64,000 nucleotides of DNA from an uncultured bacterium (GCA_947646655.1 CANSHI010000001.1:125570-189569), one strand, 5' to 3'; positions 29,785 through 39,586 are shown, counted from the stretch's first letter. A program made the numbers and translations. Notes: generated from the letters alone by a model not told the origin.

Positions 29785-31170
29785 TTAAAATTGTTTAAAT
29801 GATTTTTTCTTTTTTAACACTTGAAGTCCAAGACCTGACATACCTACAGTACCACCAAAAGGTAATAAGTAATCAGTAACACCTGTTTTAGGATTTTCAG
29901 GATTTTCTGGTGTTGGATCTGGTGTCGGAGTTGGAGTTTCTTTTTTCTTCCAAATAGCATATAGAACTAAGTCTTTTCTATCTTGATATAAAGATCCACC
30001 TTTAAATTCATCGTCTCCAACAGTTGCTTTACTATCGGTATTCCAACCTAGGAATTCGTATCCATCTCTTACAGGAATCATAGTTGAGATTGTATAATCT
30101 TTTTCTATAGAAACTTCAGCATCGCTAGGCATTGATACAACTGTATCACCATTAGCGTTATCTTTATAAGTTACTCTGTATAGTTCTACGATTGGATCAA
30201 CCGTTTTTTCTTCTTCCCAAATAGCATATAGATCTAAATCTTTAGTAAGATTGCAAATCTCTTTTCCTGGAGCATATTTTGATTCACCAGTAGTAGCTTT
30301 ACTGTTAGTACTCCAACCTAAGAATTTATACCCTTCTCTAGAAGGTTTATTTCCAACAGTGAAGCATTTACCTTCTTTAACAACTTGGTTGTTTGGAAGG
30401 TTAGTTACATTAGATCCGTTTCCATGATATCTGACATTAAATTCTTTTTCAGGTTCTGGTTCAACTGGATCATTTTGTTTTGGTGAACAATATTGTATGT
30501 AGTAAAGTGCTGGTTGAACATATTGTTCATTATTATTAATTTTTAATGGTTTTCCAGTTAAGTAACCTTTAAATTGTCTGAAAATTTGAATTTTAAATGG
30601 ATTAGCAGAATTTGGATTTATAGAAGTTCTTCTTGTGAAAGTAATGTCTGCATCAAGTGAAGCATTTACTAAAGCTGAAACGCTTTGATTTTTTAAGCTT
30701 GTACTAGAATTTTGTTTAATTTCTTGATTATCAGCGGTAACTTTATACCAATCATGAGATACTACATAGTTTTTAGTACCGTCTGAAAAAGCACCATTAG
30801 TATTATAAGCTTTTTTCTTATATGTCCAAAAATCATTTAAAGACATTGAAGTAATACCATCACTAGAAGTTGTAGTTCCTTTACCAAGTTTTACTTGACC
30901 AAAACCAACATTGTTTGGATCAAAGTCAGATACTTGCCAAGAATTATTATGATATTCTGCTATAGTGTTATGAGTATAAGAGCTCAAATCTTTTTGGTTG
31001 TAATATGTTTTAGAACCGATATCTACGAAGAAGTAATAATTAGTGTAAACAGTATCACACTTAGATTTATCGATACTTCTTGAAGAAGTTGCAGCATTTA
31101 CACCTCCTAATCCAATAGAAAGTGCTAGTATGCTAACAGCTAAAAATCTTAATTTTTTCATCAAAACCAC
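29785..31170 (-). CDS. Cell-surface protein with two Flg_new (Listeria-Bacteroides) repeats and a C-terminal LPXTG-like sorting signal (NPKTG + TM + KKKKSFKQF)
   Basis: Signal peptide; EGYKFLGWSTNSKATTG…LYAIW and DGYEFLGWNTDSKATVG…LYAIW; a Thr/Pro linker; PKTG-hydrophobic-K-rich tail. Confidence 0.75.
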   Translation of the reverse strand: MVLMKKLRFLAVSILALSIGLGGVNAATSSRSIDKSKCDTVYTNYYFFVDIGSKTYYNQKDLSSYTHNTIAEYHNNSWQVSDFDPNNVGFGQVKLGKGTTTSSDGITSMSLNDFWTYKKKAYNTNGAFSDGTKNYVVSHDWYKVTADNQEIKQNSSTSLKNQSVSALVNASLDADITFTRRTSINPNSANPFKIQIFRQFKGYLTGKPLKINNNEQYVQPALYYIQYCSPKQNDPVEPEPEKEFNVRYHGNGSNVTNLPNNQVVKEGKCFTVGNKPSREGYKFLGWSTNSKATTGESKYAPGKEICNLTKDLDLYAIWEEEKTVDPIVELYRVTYKDNANGDTVVSMPSDAEVSIEKDYTISTMIPVRDGYEFLGWNTDSKATVGDDEFKGGSLYQDRKDLVLYAIWKKKETPTPTPDPTPENPENPKTGVTDYLLPFGGTVGMSGLGLQVLKKKKSFKQF

Positions 31171-31267
31171 CCTTTTAAATATATTTTCTTTCCTTTCTGT
31201 CGAGACTATATTCTAGCACAAAATTAAAAAAAAGCAACAAAATTTTGTTACTTTTTGTCAAAAAACA

Positions 31268-32914
31268 TTAAATTTGTTTAAATAGGTCTTTTTTCTTAGC
31301 TACTACAAGGGCGGCTCCAGCAGTTAATGCGGCAACTCCAAATGCTATAAGATGAGCACTTATTCCAGTTTGAGGTGACCATACTGCGTATAAAGTTACA
31401 TTTCCTTCATCACCACAATACTCATTACCTGCACTATATTTAGGATCAGGTTCAGTAGCTTTAGGATCTCTACTCCATCCTAGGAATTTACTTTTAGATA
31501 AAGTAGGTTTTGCATCGGATATTTTAGTACAAGTACCGTTTTTAGCATTTTGGTTTGCGGGAGCATTTTTCCCTCCATTCGCATCATAAGTTATAGTATA
31601 AGAACCATCGTCATTATAAGTAACTTCTTCCCATTGAGCATAAAGGGTTAAGTCTTTACACTTATATTCTTTTGATAATTCAGCACCAGGTCTAAAGGAA
31701 TCACCAGAACCATCTTTTTTTGTATTCCATGCAATGAATCTCCAACCTTCTCTTTCAGGCCAATTTTCACTGATTTTTTCTACACATTTGTCTGTAAATT
31801 CGACGTTTGCTGGAATATCTTTTACTACATCAGAAGTATTTTTGTCATAAGTTATGGTTTTTTTATCTGGATCATTTTCTTTCCATTGTGCATATATAGT
31901 TGCACTTTCTTTACAATATTCTGGGTCTTCATTTTTACCATATTTCTTACCTGTACCATCTCTATTTTCTGTCCATCCTAGGAAAGTATAACCTTCTCTA
32001 GTTGGCTCAAGTTTGCTAATAGGTGTACAACTTTCAGTAAATTCTTGAGGCTTTGGAGCCCCTGTACCACCATTTGCATCATAAGTAAGAGTTTTCTTTA
32101 CTGGGTCTGTAGATTGATCTGGTTCAGTAGCCTCTCCAGTACAGTATTTAACAGCATAAACTGCAGGAGAGTAAATTTTATTTCTACCATTTAGATCAAA
32201 ACCTGTTTTTTTATCTTTTAAACGGAAATTCCTTTCAACTCGCATGTCAGTTATTAATGGATCATCACTTGTACCTATGTTACCATTTAGACGAATAATA
32301 GTCTCAGGCAAATTAGTTCCTTTTGTTACAAGATCGGACGAACCAATAGATGAAATATTATCTTCTAAATACTTTAGTAGATCTGTTTTGTTAATATCTT
32401 CATCGCCTTTTCGGTCAGGGTCAGTAAATTGTGCATTTGTATATTTATACCATACAGTATGTCCAACGTATGAGTCATTTCCTTTACGATAAACTTTTCC
32501 GTCTTTATCTGAACCATTTGGACTGTTTAGTATAGCTTGCCACATTTCATGATAGTTGCGCCAATATTCTTCTACAGTCCATTTGTTATTCTCACAATGT
32601 AAACTTCCCTCTCTACATATATTTGTTGAATCGCTTCCATATGTAACAGGAACTTGCCATTGTCCTATTATATTATTTGATCCTACAGTACCTATGACAT
32701 TAGCTTTATCAGCTGACGTATAGAAAGACTCGACATGAGTATCAGTAACACTATCAAAAGTAGATTTACTAGCAGAGTTTAAAAACATAAAATATGCTGT
32801 ATGTTCTGTTTGTCCTGGATCACATGAAGCTTTTTCAGCAAATACATTATTTGGTTGTAATGCTAGTGCCCCTGCAAATGCTAAAGCACTTACGTATTTA
32901 AATATTTTTTTCAT
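31268..32914 (-). CDS. Cell-surface protein, paralogue of 29785-31170: three Flg_new repeats and an SPQTG sorting signal (+ TM + KKKDLFKQI)
   Basis: Signal peptide; EGYTFLGWTEN…IYAQW, EGWRFIAWNTKKDGSG…LYAQW, KSKFLGWSRD…LYAVW; C-terminal SPQTG-hydrophobic-KKK tail. Confidence 0.75.
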   Translation of the reverse strand: MKKIFKYVSALAFAGALALQPNNVFAEKASCDPGQTEHTAYFMFLNSASKSTFDSVTDTHVESFYTSADKANVIGTVGSNNIIGQWQVPVTYGSDSTNICREGSLHCENNKWTVEEYWRNYHEMWQAILNSPNGSDKDGKVYRKGNDSYVGHTVWYKYTNAQFTDPDRKGDEDINKTDLLKYLEDNISSIGSSDLVTKGTNLPETIIRLNGNIGTSDDPLITDMRVERNFRLKDKKTGFDLNGRNKIYSPAVYAVKYCTGEATEPDQSTDPVKKTLTYDANGGTGAPKPQEFTESCTPISKLEPTREGYTFLGWTENRDGTGKKYGKNEDPEYCKESATIYAQWKENDPDKKTITYDKNTSDVVKDIPANVEFTDKCVEKISENWPEREGWRFIAWNTKKDGSGDSFRPGAELSKEYKCKDLTLYAQWEEVTYNDDGSYTITYDANGGKNAPANQNAKNGTCTKISDAKPTLSKSKFLGWSRDPKATEPDPKYSAGNEYCGDEGNVTLYAVWSPQTGISAHLIAFGVAALTAGAALVVAKKKDLFKQI

Positions 32915-33142
32915 AAAACTTTCCTCTTTCTTTTTTATTTATAACCTTTTTTAAACAATTTATACATGTCTTTATCATATATCACTCCCTATGATTAATA
33001 TAACTATAACATGATTCGACAAAAAAATACAGTATTTTTTAAAAAGTTTACATATATATGCTATTATATTTTTTACGATCATATAAAAACCTCGTTTTTT
33101 GTTCATTAAAAACAAGGCTTAATTTTTTATTTTATACCATAT

Positions 33143-35065
33143 TTATAAGTTTTCATATGGACTTTCTGTCGTACCATTTCCTTTCATTGTTCTAACGTAT
33201 TCAGCAGTCAGATTAATAACTGGGGCGACACCGCCCGCATTATTGACAGTGCCGTTGTTCAAACCACCGTAGCTACCGACACGAAATACAAAAGCACTAC
33301 TACCATTAAAATAAAATGGCGAGAGCGACCAAGAAAAACTAGTTGCTAAATAGTTATAACCATTCATGCTATTAAATATGTTTCCTGCTGCAACTATTTC
33401 GTCTTCTGTAATTAAACCTATTTTTTCGCTTAAGGCTCCATTTCCTTTTTCTGTATCGTTTACTGTAAAGGCATCATTTTTATTTGGACATGTAAATATG
33501 GGATTAGCATTGGCTTTGTGTCTAAAGCTTTTTATATTTACAAAACGTTCACTTGCTCCATATGCTGTTGTATTTGTTCCATAGCCTAGACCTGTATCAT
33601 ATTCCCAACCTGATATATCTTTTCCTGGTGTGCTTCGATCATTACAAAAAATAGAATCTGCAACATACTCGTCTAGTCCTTTATTTTTGATGTTATCTAC
33701 ATACCATTTTTCTAAATTTATTTTTATTGTGGAACTTTCGGTGTTTGTTTGTGCTTCCTCTTTGCTTGTACTTGCTCCTGTTCCACTAGGTCCATACATG
33801 TAGCCTACATATTTGGCATCCGCATAATTTTCATTAAAAGGTGATTCAAAAGCAATTTTATCTTCAATATCACTATTAAAATCTCCTGTCAGATGTGCTT
33901 TGGTTCCATTATATATAATTCGTAAAGATCCATCTCCATTAATCCTTACGATTCGCCAATAAAATCCTCCAAACTTAACATAATTGTCTTGTCCTGAGCC
34001 TCTAAAGTAATAGCTCATACCATAGTCATCTTCTTTAGCATATATGCCATCTTGTGATTCGAATGATTTAAATGTAGAACTAATGTACTGATATTTTACT
34101 TCATTTTCTGTTGAATAATTATCTATTTTTATTATAGAGTTTATATTTTCTGTTTCCATATCTTGCACGACTCCCCTTAATATTCCGTCATTTATCCAGT
34201 TATAAGGGTCGATGGAGTACTTTCCTTTAATTGTTTCTAAACATTCTGAATACTTACATGTTTGGGGATTAACTAGACTAAATTTTCCTGTTTGATTATC
34301 AAAAGTATAAGAATCAGCATATACAACCTCGTAGTTAATATTATTTATTTTCATTACATGTGAATAAACAACTTCCATGTATTCTTTTGCTATTGGAGAA
34401 GTTTTGCCAAAATCCGGTGTCTCATTGATCTTAAGACTTTCATCCTCGGGTAAGGGTGTTTTATCCATTATAGAAGCAACAATTTTTGGTACTATGCCTT
34501 CTTTTTTATATTCTCCTATAGTTAGTTTTAATGAATAACTTGCATCCATGTTATAATTTTGGTTCTCTTCTTTATTTAAGAAAGTTATAGTTAACTTGTA
34601 TTGATCAGTACTATTTGCTTTTATGTTTATATCTTGTTTTATTATTAAATCATATAATTTTAATTCACTAAATCTTAAAGGAGTCTCTGCTACTATTACT
34701 TCGTTTGTAGTAGTGTTTTCTATTTTATATACTAAATCATCATTTGAAAAACTGTTAAATAGTTCTTTGAAGTATATATTAAAGCTTAAATCACGTGAAG
34801 ATGTGTTGGTGATTTCGAAAATCTTTTCGACACTTTCTCCAGGTGCTAAATCTTTGTTGATGTTCGCACAACTTTCTTCGTTGGATGAAGCACAGTCTTT
34901 GTATATCAGCTTAAGGTCTTTAAGTGTTTCTACTTCTACGATCTCATTTTCAGAGCGTACGTTTACTGCCCAGGCGTAGCTTACGAATAAGCCTAGTATT
35001 GTTATTGATAAAACGAGTAGGCCTGAGTAAAGAACTAACTTTTTACTGTTTTCTTTTTTTTTCAT
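33143..35065 (-). CDS. Secreted TasA-family-like protein, paralogue 2 (640 aa, has an extra central insert)
   Basis: SYAWAVN after the TM helix; the C-terminal domain is collinear with paralogues 1 and 3 (MSYYFRGSGQDNYVKFGGFYWRIVRINGDGSLRIIYNGT…FCNDRSTPGKD…KNDAFTVND…GLITEDEIVAAG…APVINL…GNGTTESPY). SD aggagga. Confidence 0.8.
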   Translation of the reverse strand: MKKKENSKKLVLYSGLLVLSITILGLFVSYAWAVNVRSENEIVEVETLKDLKLIYKDCASSNEESCANINKDLAPGESVEKIFEITNTSSRDLSFNIYFKELFNSFSNDDLVYKIENTTTNEVIVAETPLRFSELKLYDLIIKQDINIKANSTDQYKLTITFLNKEENQNYNMDASYSLKLTIGEYKKEGIVPKIVASIMDKTPLPEDESLKINETPDFGKTSPIAKEYMEVVYSHVMKINNINYEVVYADSYTFDNQTGKFSLVNPQTCKYSECLETIKGKYSIDPYNWINDGILRGVVQDMETENINSIIKIDNYSTENEVKYQYISSTFKSFESQDGIYAKEDDYGMSYYFRGSGQDNYVKFGGFYWRIVRINGDGSLRIIYNGTKAHLTGDFNSDIEDKIAFESPFNENYADAKYVGYMYGPSGTGASTSKEEAQTNTESSTIKINLEKWYVDNIKNKGLDEYVADSIFCNDRSTPGKDISGWEYDTGLGYGTNTTAYGASERFVNIKSFRHKANANPIFTCPNKNDAFTVNDTEKGNGALSEKIGLITEDEIVAAGNIFNSMNGYNYLATSFSWSLSPFYFNGSSAFVFRVGSYGGLNNGTVNNAGGVAPVINLTAEYVRTMKGNGTTESPYENL

Positions 35066-35153
35066 TGTGATCCTCCTAGTTTAATATACTTCTTCTATTA
35101 TGAATTTTATCATCTTTTGTGTTATAAAACAATATTAGTCGTTCTATTTTACA

Positions 35154-36470
35154 ATGTTTTGTATAAACTTAAATGATATGAAGAAAAGTCTATTTTTTAA
35201 AAGTGCTTTTATTTTACTAGTAGGATCAGTCATCACAAGGGGATTGGGTTTTTTAATTAGAATCATATTCACTAGAGTTATAGGACCAGAAGGAGTTAAT
35301 TTACACAGTTTGATCATGCCTACTTATTCACTGGTGATTGCATTTACTCAACTAGGACTACCTGTTGCTATATCGACTGTGGTGGCAAGAGGTGTCAAAA
35401 GAGGAAAGAAAATATTGTTTTCAGTTATCCCTATAGTTTTAGCTTTAAATTTGATAATGATGATTACTATAATTTTATCTGCTCCTTTTATAGCTGGTAC
35501 TCTTTTGGATGAACCAAGTGTTACTTACCCTATTATGTCGATGGCATTTATACTACCTTTTATTTCAATTTCTAGTATTTTAAGAGGATATTTTTTTGGA
35601 AAACAAAAAATGATGCCGCATACTGTTTCTAATGTAATAGAACAAATTGCTAGACTCGGAATAATTTTAATGGTACTTCCAAAACTTGTCGAGTATGGTC
35701 CAGTATATGGAATTGTAGGATATATTTTACTTAGTATTATATCAGAGCTGATATCGATAGTAGTTTTCTTATATTTTTTACCTAAAAATTTTAAAATTGA
35801 AAAGTCCGATTTGAAACCTGATGTGAAAACTACTAAAGAAGTAATGGATCTCTGTTTACCAACTGTCGGTGGTAGATTAGTTGGAAATATTTTTTACTTT
35901 TTTGAGCCGATCATTCTTACATATGTATTAAAATTAGTAGGTTATTCAAATGCTTTTATAGTAAGTGAATATGGAACGTATAATGCATATGTTCTTCCAC
36001 TTCTCGTCATACCTTCGTTTTTAGTACAGGCGGTGAGTACTGCTCTCGTTCCAGAAATAAGTAAATCTTATGAAAGAAAAGATACTAAAAAGATCAAAAA
36101 AAGACTTCGTCAGTCATTAATCGTGTGTTTTTCACTGGGATTAGCAACGAATGCTCTAGTGTTTATATTTCCTGAGTTTTTGCTAAAAGTCGTTTATAAT
36201 ACTACAAGTGGTGTCGAATATATTAGAGTCTTAGCCTTCTTCTTTAGTCTTTATAGTTTAGAAGGTCCTTTGTCGAGTACTCTTCAAGCTTTAGGCCATT
36301 CAAAAGAAGCCTTTAGGGCCACAACTTGTGGGGTGTTACTAAGAACTTTGTCTATCGCAGTATGCAGTTTATTCAAAATCGGTCTATACGGACTAGTAAT
36401 CGGTGAAATTTTAGATATTGTAAGTGTAGTAGTAATAGATTATTTTGCTTTAAAAAAAGCGATTAAATAA
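35154..36470 (+). CDS. MOP-superfamily oligosaccharide flippase (SpoVB/MurJ/Wzx-like polysaccharide biosynthesis protein); start probably at MKKSLFF (about 35178)
   Basis: Twelve to fourteen TM helices; the overall pattern matches polysaccharide-biosynthesis/SpoVB family proteins. Confidence 0.65.
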   Translation: MFCINLNDMKKSLFFKSAFILLVGSVITRGLGFLIRIIFTRVIGPEGVNLHSLIMPTYSLVIAFTQLGLPVAISTVVARGVKRGKKILFSVIPIVLALNLIMMITIILSAPFIAGTLLDEPSVTYPIMSMAFILPFISISSILRGYFFGKQKMMPHTVSNVIEQIARLGIILMVLPKLVEYGPVYGIVGYILLSIISELISIVVFLYFLPKNFKIEKSDLKPDVKTTKEVMDLCLPTVGGRLVGNIFYFFEPIILTYVLKLVGYSNAFIVSEYGTYNAYVLPLLVIPSFLVQAVSTALVPEISKSYERKDTKKIKKRLRQSLIVCFSLGLATNALVFIFPEFLLKVVYNTTSGVEYIRVLAFFFSLYSLEGPLSSTLQALGHSKEAFRATTCGVLLRTLSIAVCSLFKIGLYGLVIGEILDIVSVVVIDYFALKKAIK

Positions 36471-36497
36471 CAAAAAAATTAGATTTTCATCTAATTC

Positions 36498-37043
36498 TTA
36501 CTTTAAAGCATCTAAAAGTTCAGCTTTTTTCATAGTTGTGTAGCCTTCTACACCTTTTTCTTTAGCAAGATTTTTAAGCTCAGTAACTGTCATAGAAGAT
36601 AATTGAGAAGAGCTTTCCTCTTTTTTAGGAGCTTCTTTCTTTTCAACTTTTTTGTCTTCTTTTACTGTTTCCTTTTTAGCTGGTTTACTTTCTAAAGCTT
36701 TTTTAGCAGTATTAACTAATTCAGTAAATGCTTTTTCATTATCGATAGCGATTTCAGAAAGCATTTTTCTGTTAATTTCGATACCTGCAAGACTTAATCC
36801 ATTCATGAATTTTGAATAACTGATATCATTAGCACGACATCCTGCGTTGATACGTGTAATCCATAGTTTACGGAAGTTACGTTTATTTTGCTTTCTATCT
36901 CTATAAGCATATTTACCACTGTGGAATACTTGTTCTTGAGCTGTCTTAAATAATCTGTGTTTGCTACCAAAATAACCTTTAGCTTGTTTTAATACTTTTC
37001 TACGTCTGTTTTTTGCAACAGATCCACCTTTAACTCTTGTCAT
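36498..37043 (-). CDS. rplT: 50S ribosomal protein L20 with about 60-aa C-terminal extension (K/E-rich linker + Rho_N/SAP-like helix-turn-helix-like motif)
   Basis: The N-terminal 118 aa are canonical L20 ([16 protein letters not shown]…). The tail …[33 protein letters not shown] resembles the Rho N-terminal/SAP motif. Confidence 0.85.
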   Translation of the reverse strand: MTRVKGGSVAKNRRRKVLKQAKGYFGSKHRLFKTAQEQVFHSGKYAYRDRKQNKRNFRKLWITRINAGCRANDISYSKFMNGLSLAGIEINRKMLSEIAIDNEKAFTELVNTAKKALESKPAKKETVKEDKKVEKKEAPKKEESSSQLSSMTVTELKNLAKEKGVEGYTTMKKAELLDALK

Positions 37044-37056
37044 ACGTTACCTCCCT

Positions 37057-37245
37057 CTAAATGACTCCTTTAAGTCTTTTTACATTGCTTTCGTTTAATA
37101 CTCCAGCTTTTCTTCTTTGTCTTATTTGTTTGCTAGAATCTTTAGCAGTTTTGTGGTTACCATTTGATTTTTTGTAAGTTACACTACCACTATTTCTTAC
37201 ATTTAATACTTTTTTAGTTGCTTTATGCGTTTTTTGTTTTGGCAT
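37057..37245 (-). CDS. rpmI: 50S ribosomal protein L35
   Basis: MPKQKTHKATKKVLNVRNSGS… The track ORF is N-extended; the true start is at MPKQ. Confidence 0.85.
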   Translation of the reverse strand: MPKQKTHKATKKVLNVRNSGSVTYKKSNGNHKTAKDSSKQIRQRRKAGVLNESNVKRLKGVI

Positions 37246-37264
37246 AATAATTCCTCCTAATTCT

Positions 37265-37792
37265 TTATTTTTTTGGTGCAAGTATTATAGACATATTGCG
37301 ACCTTCTAGAACAGCTTTTTGTTCGATGTCTGAAATATCGCTTAATGCATCGGCAAATTTCATAAGCACTTCTTCACCAATTTCTGTGTGTGCCATTTCT
37401 CTTCCTTTGAAACGAATAGAAGCTTTAATTTTATGTCCCTTTATAAGGTATTCACGTGCATTTTTCTTACGAGTTTCAAAATCTCCAACATCGATTTTAA
37501 CACTGAGTTTATACTCTTTTAATTCTTTTTGGCTTTCTCTTTGTTTCTTTTGTTGCTCTTTAAGCTTTTTTTGTTTTTCATAACGGAACTTATTATAGTC
37601 CATTATTTTACCTACCGCGGGACTAGCATTACCACTCATTAAAACTAAGTCGAGCCCAGCATAATTAGCTAGTGTAAGCGCATCCTCGCGTTTTTTAATA
37701 CCCATCTGTTCGCCATGTGGTCCAATAACCATAAGTTCGCTAACCCTAATGTTTTCATTAATAGGTTGCTCATCTTTTTTTAACTGTGCTAT
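37265..37792 (-). CDS. infC: Translation initiation factor IF-3, probably initiating at a non-AUG codon (ATA at 37790-37792) 9 nt downstream of GGAGGTG
   Basis: The frame upstream of the ATG used by the track reads I-A-Q-L-K-K-D-E-Q-P-I-N-E-N-I-R-V-S-E-L-M-V-I-G-P-H-G-E-Q, restoring the conserved …INE.IR..E… N-terminus and a normal length of about 175 aa. There is an in-frame TGA just upstream. Confidence 0.7.
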   Translation of the reverse strand: MAQLKKDEQPINENIRVSELMVIGPHGEQMGIKKREDALTLANYAGLDLVLMSGNASPAVGKIMDYNKFRYEKQKKLKEQQKKQRESQKELKEYKLSVKIDVGDFETRKKNAREYLIKGHKIKASIRFKGREMAHTEIGEEVLMKFADALSDISDIEQKAVLEGRNMSIILAPKK

Positions 37793-37799
37793 AAAAACA

Positions 37800-37995
37800 C
37801 ACCTCCATCAATAAAATTTTTAATATAAAAAGGCAAATACATAATTAGTATCCACCTTAAAGCAATAGAAAAAAATTTAAATTTTTCTAAACGGCTTTTA
37901 ACCTATCTGTCTAACTTCAAACGACAAATCAGGTGGATGCGGATACATCGCTTTCCTTTTTAACTATATGTAATTATACTATTTTCTTTGTCAAA
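37800..37995 (-). promoter_or_regulatory. Putative infC-operon leader (possible L20-binding autoregulatory leader) and promoter region
   Basis: Long-range complementary segments occur in the transcript (GTATCCGCATCCACCT … AGGTGGATAC). A TTGACA…tagTATAAT-like element lies just downstream of rpmA. Position is as expected for the Firmicutes L20 leader. Confidence 0.3.
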
Positions 37996-38001
37996 GTCAA
38001 G

Positions 38002-38289
38002 TTATTTTTCGTAAACACTAACTTTTTTCTTATCTTTTCCTAAACGTTCATATTTTACAACGCCAGTTATTTTTGCAAATAGCGTATGATCTTTACCCAT
38101 TCCGACGTTTGTACCAGGATAAATTTTAGTACCTCTTTGACGATATAGGATAGAACCAGCATTTACTGTTTCTCCATCACTCGCTTTAGCACCTAGTCTA
38201 CGTCCAGCAGAATCTCTTCCATTTTGTGTAGAACCCTGGGCCTTAACGTGAGCGAATAATTGGATATTTAACTTCATCAAGTTTTTCAC
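38002..38289 (-). CDS. rpmA: 50S ribosomal protein L27 with N-terminal propeptide (…[12 protein letters not shown]…)
   Basis: [17 protein letters not shown]…[13 protein letters not shown] is canonical. The N-terminal extension ends in the LF/A Prp cleavage motif. Confidence 0.9.
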   Translation of the reverse strand: MKNLMKLNIQLFAHVKAQGSTQNGRDSAGRRLGAKASDGETVNAGSILYRQRGTKIYPGTNVGMGKDHTLFAKITGVVKYERLGKDKKKVSVYEK

Positions 38290-38295
38290 TATATT

Positions 38296-38589
38296 TCACT
38301 CTCTTTCTACTTTAATATTTTTTTTGTACTCTCTACTCAATTCTTCTAACATATTAAGCATGTTATCGAGTAATTTTCTCGTAGTTTCATCATTATTTAA
38401 AATTTTAATATCAACTAAACCTTCACTACTTTGATAGTCGATTGTATCAGTTTTTAATGTGAGTATCGCATTAATAGTTGTCGTTATGATGGATGATGCA
38501 CTGCTGCAAACGATATCTTTGCCAGCTTCGGCATATCCAGCATGTCCGAGTATTTTGATACTATCAGGTTTAACTTTAACTTTAATCAT
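38296..38589 (-). CDS. prp: Ribosomal-processing cysteine protease Prp (L27 N-terminal peptidase)
   Basis: Located between rplU and rpmA; GHAGYAEAGKDIVCSSAS contains the conserved His/Cys dyad. Confidence 0.8.
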   Translation of the reverse strand: MIKVKVKPDSIKILGHAGYAEAGKDIVCSSASSIITTTINAILTLKTDTIDYQSSEGLVDIKILNNDETTRKLLDNMLNMLEELSREYKKNIKVERE

Positions 38590-38596
38590 AATTAAC

Positions 38597-38896
38597 CTAC
38601 TTAACTATTTTAGTAACAACTAATTTAGTATATGGTTGTCTATGACCTTGAGTTTTACGATATTTCTTTTTAGGATTGTACTTAAATACGACGATTTTCT
38701 TTTGTTTACCATGTTTTTCAACATTACAAACTACTTTAGCACCTTTTACATAAGGATTACCTGCTGTACCATCAACCATCAATACTTCGTTAAATTCGAT
38801 CTCTTTTCCAGCTTCAGCATTTAGTTTTTCGACGTATATAGCATCACCTTCAGAAACATAGTATTGTTTTCCACCAGTTATGAATATAGCTTTCAT
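38597..38896 (-). CDS. rplU: 50S ribosomal protein L21
   Basis: [18 protein letters not shown]… The track ORF is N-extended by 6 codons. Confidence 0.9.
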   Translation of the reverse strand: MKAIFITGGKQYYVSEGDAIYVEKLNAEAGKEIEFNEVLMVDGTAGNPYVKGAKVVCNVEKHGKQKKIVVFKYNPKKKYRKTQGHRQPYTKLVVTKIVK

Positions 38897-38914
38897 TATT
38901 TTACCTCCCATCAT

Positions 38915-39040
38915 ATAATTTTAGGACTCGCCTTAATAAGGTGGCAATTGCTCTTAAACCTTTTAAGTGCGGTTTATAAAAATAATTTACAAACAAAAGT
39001 ATTTTATCACAGTAACTTCAAATTTGTCAAACCGTTTTAG
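38915..39040 (-). promoter_or_regulatory. Putative promoter (TTGACA-17-TGtgATAAAAT) and roughly 110-nt leader upstream of rplU (possible L21 leader)
   Basis: The minus strand reads TTGACAaatttgaagttactgtgATAAAAT, followed by a structured, comparatively GC-rich leader before a strong SD. Confidence 0.3.
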
Positions 39041-39391
39041 CCTTTTTGCTACGTTTGAACAAAAAAATAACTGACAAACCTTTGGTCGCCAGTACTAGTC
39101 AACTAATATTATACACTTTTTTTTGATATTGGCAAGTTTTAATTGCTTTAACATAAATATTTTTCATATATTACTGCTATTGTTCATCTCTTTTTATTAT
39201 TTTGAATTAATTATTTCATTCCAATCAATATGATATTGTAATAAATTAGATACTTTATAAGCAAATTTAAGTAATGAAAATTAAGCGACTAACTTGCTTT
39301 TATCTATTACAAATATTATAATATAATTAGGAATATTCAGTTAGTTTGGGTACTATTCTCCTTTACTTTTAAAGTGGAAGGAGGTGAAGTT

Positions 39392-39484
39392 ATGAGAAAA
39401 TCAGAGAAATATCTTTGTACTATCATAATACTCCTTATTATTGTGATTTTAGTCATTTTAATAAAAATAGTACCAACTGTATAA
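39392..39484 (+). CDS. 30-aa hydrophobic peptide (MRKSEKYLCTIIILLIIVILVILIKIVPTV) with strong SD and a terminator-like hairpin; below the ORF-track size cutoff
   Basis: GGAAGGAGGTGaagttATG, a single TM helix, then a hairpin and T-run at 39500-39550. Confidence 0.4.
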   Translation: MRKSEKYLCTIIILLIIVILVILIKIVPTV

Positions 39485-39536
39485 GTCGGTACTAAAACAT
39501 ATATTTTGGGAATAGTACCTAACTCATCGAAACTAG

Positions 39537-39586
39537 GTATTCCTTTTTATTTTATGCAAGTTTCCTTGACATATTCATAATAACAT
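39537..39586 (+). repeat. Copy 2 of the same roughly 50-bp motif, immediately after the terminator-like hairpin of the 30-aa peptide gene
   Basis: cctttttattttatgcaagtttccttgacatattcataata matches copy 1. Confidence 0.55.

Noticed and set aside
33366-33584. Plus-strand ORFs 33366-33584 and 44050-44262 with mutually similar proteins
   Set aside because: Both are antisense shadows of the conserved C-terminal domain of the TasA-like genes. Their similarity simply reflects the paralogy on the opposite strand.
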